Virus record (IMG/VR): IMGVR_UViG_3300042934_000724
Span: 1 to 56,737 of that record
Direction: 5' to 3' (one strand)
Length of the DNA: 56,737 nt
Source of the DNA: a virus
Lineage: Duplodnaviria; Caudoviricetes
Positions 55,515-56,737 of this stretch are shown here, piece by piece. A program made the position numbers and the translations under genes. The notes beneath the pieces are model-generated. The model worked only from the letters and a program-made list of their open reading frames with translations, did not search any database and was not told the DNA's origin. The first letter of the stretch is position 1, and every line of letters begins with the position of its first letter.

Positions 55515-56737
55515 ATGGCGAACACCCAATACCCAGAGTCTTATTACGCCGCGTCGGCCACTGCCGTACCGCCACGTCCTGTGCTGCAGGATGATGTGGA
55601 GACGGACGTCTGTGTGATCGGTGCCGGGTATACCGGGCTGTCTTCCGCCTTGTTCCTGCTGGAGAACGGTTTTCGCGTAACCGTACTGGAAGCCGCCAAG
55701 GTCGGTTTCGGTGCCTCGGGGCGCAATGGTGGGCAGATCGTCAACAGCTACAGCCGCGACATTGATGTCATCGAGCGCAGCGTCGGCCCCAGGCAAGCGC
55801 AACTGCTCGGTGAAATGGCCTTTGAAGGCGGCCGGATCATTCGCGAGCGCGTGGCGAAATACAACATCCAGTGCGACCTCAAGGACGGAGGTGTGTTCGC
55901 CGCCCTCTCCGCCAAACAGATGGGTCACCTTGAATCGCAGAAACGCCTGTGGGAACGCTTCGGACACACGCAGCTGGAGCTGATGGACCAACGCCGCATC
56001 CGCGAAGTCGTCGGTTGCGATCAATACGTTGGTGGCATGCTCGACATGAGTGGCGGCCACATCCATCCGCTGAATCTGGCGCTCGGTGAAGCGGCGGCGG
56101 TCGAGTCTCTCGGCGGCACCATCTACGAGCAATCTCCCGCCGTGCGCATCGAGCGCGGCGCCAATCCGGTTGTGCATACGCCGCAAGGCAAGGTCAGGGC
56201 CAGGTTCATCATCGTTGCCGGCAATGCCTACCTCGGTAATCTGGTGCCGGAACTGGCGGCCAAATCGATGCCGTGTGGCACTCAGGTGATCACCACCGAG
56301 CCTTTGGGCGATGAGCTGGCGAACGCGCTTTTGCCGCAGGATTACTGCGTGGAGGACTGCAACTATCTCCTCGACTACTATCGCCTGACCGCCGACAAGC
56401 GCTTGATCTTCGGCGGCGGCGTGGTTTATGGCGCTCGCGATCCGGCAAACATCGAAGCGATCATTCGCCCGAAGATGCTCAAGGCTTTCCCTCAACTCAA
56501 GAACGTCAAGATCGATTACGCCTGGACCGGCAACTTCCTGCTGACCCTGTCCCGCCTGCCGCAGGTCGGACGCTTGGGCGACAACATCTATTACTCGCAG
56601 GGTTGCAGCGGTCACGGCGTTACCTACACGCATCTGGCGGGCAAAGTCCTCGCCGAAGCGTTGCGCGGTCAGGCCGAGCGTTTCGATGCCTTTGCCGACC
56701 TGCCGCACTACCCCTTCCCCGGCGGGCAACTGCTGCG
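55515..56737 (+). CDS. FAD-dependent oxidoreductase, gamma-glutamylputrescine oxidase (PuuB-like), runs off the window (host)
   Basis: Manual translation MANTQYPESYYAAS...DVCVIGAGYTGLS...GASGRNGGQ...GHIHPLNL...SGHGV; absent from the ORF track because it is 3'-incomplete. Confidence 0.88.
   Translation, partial: MANTQYPESYYAASATAVPPRPVLQDDVETDVCVIGAGYTGLSSALFLLENGFRVTVLEAAKVGFGASGRNGGQIVNSYSRDIDVIERSVGPRQAQLLGEMAFEGGRIIRERVAKYNIQCDLKDGGVFAALSAKQMGHLESQKRLWERFGHTQLELMDQRRIREVVGCDQYVGGMLDMSGGHIHPLNLALGEAAAVESLGGTIYEQSPAVRIERGANPVVHTPQGKVRARFIIVAGNAYLGNLVPELAAKSMPCGTQVITTEPLGDELANALLPQDYCVEDCNYLLDYYRLTADKRLIFGGGVVYGARDPANIEAIIRPKMLKAFPQLKNVKIDYAWTGNFLLTLSRLPQVGRLGDNIYYSQGCSGHGVTYTHLAGKVLAEALRGQAERFDAFADLPHYPFPGGQLL

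Noticed and set aside
55497-56729. 410-aa minus-strand ORF
   Set aside because: Antisense shadow of the plus-strand PuuB-like oxidoreductase, which has clear FAD-binding motifs

Overview
Pseudomonas (fluorescens-group-like) chromosomal window almost entirely occupied by an apparently intact lambdoid siphoprophage of ~53.9 kb. It is integrated in the 3' half of a tRNA-Val(GAC) gene (116-bp direct repeats at 1295-1410 and 55188-55303; intact tRNA at 55255-55331, minus strand). Host flanks: rsmE and a DUF2214-like membrane gene on the left, a PuuB-like FAD oxidoreductase running off the right end. From right to left the prophage carries: integrase/xis; an early-left arm with RecT/YqaJ, a PAPS-reductase-like gene, a C5 methyltransferase and many antisense accessory genes; an immunity region (cI/cro with TACAA-N7-TTGTA operators); replication genes with iterons; nin/Q; holin plus spanins; terminase/portal/capsid; a lambda-like tail; a second lysis cassette; and an SOS-box-led SRAP locus. 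Most notable observations: (1) a cI lacking the autocleavage peptidase domain, overlapping a HipA-like kinase plus partner gene in the rexAB position; (2) a 40-bp palindromic element (10-bp arms, 20-bp spacer) present four times in coding and non-coding DNA; (3) a tRNA T-arm-like motif enclosed in a perfect 20-bp stem in the pL leader; (4) an Acb2-like anti-CBASS gene; (5) a stand-alone SLATT-like gene and an array of Abi-like membrane morons. All family calls are by visual motif recognition; no database searches were run.
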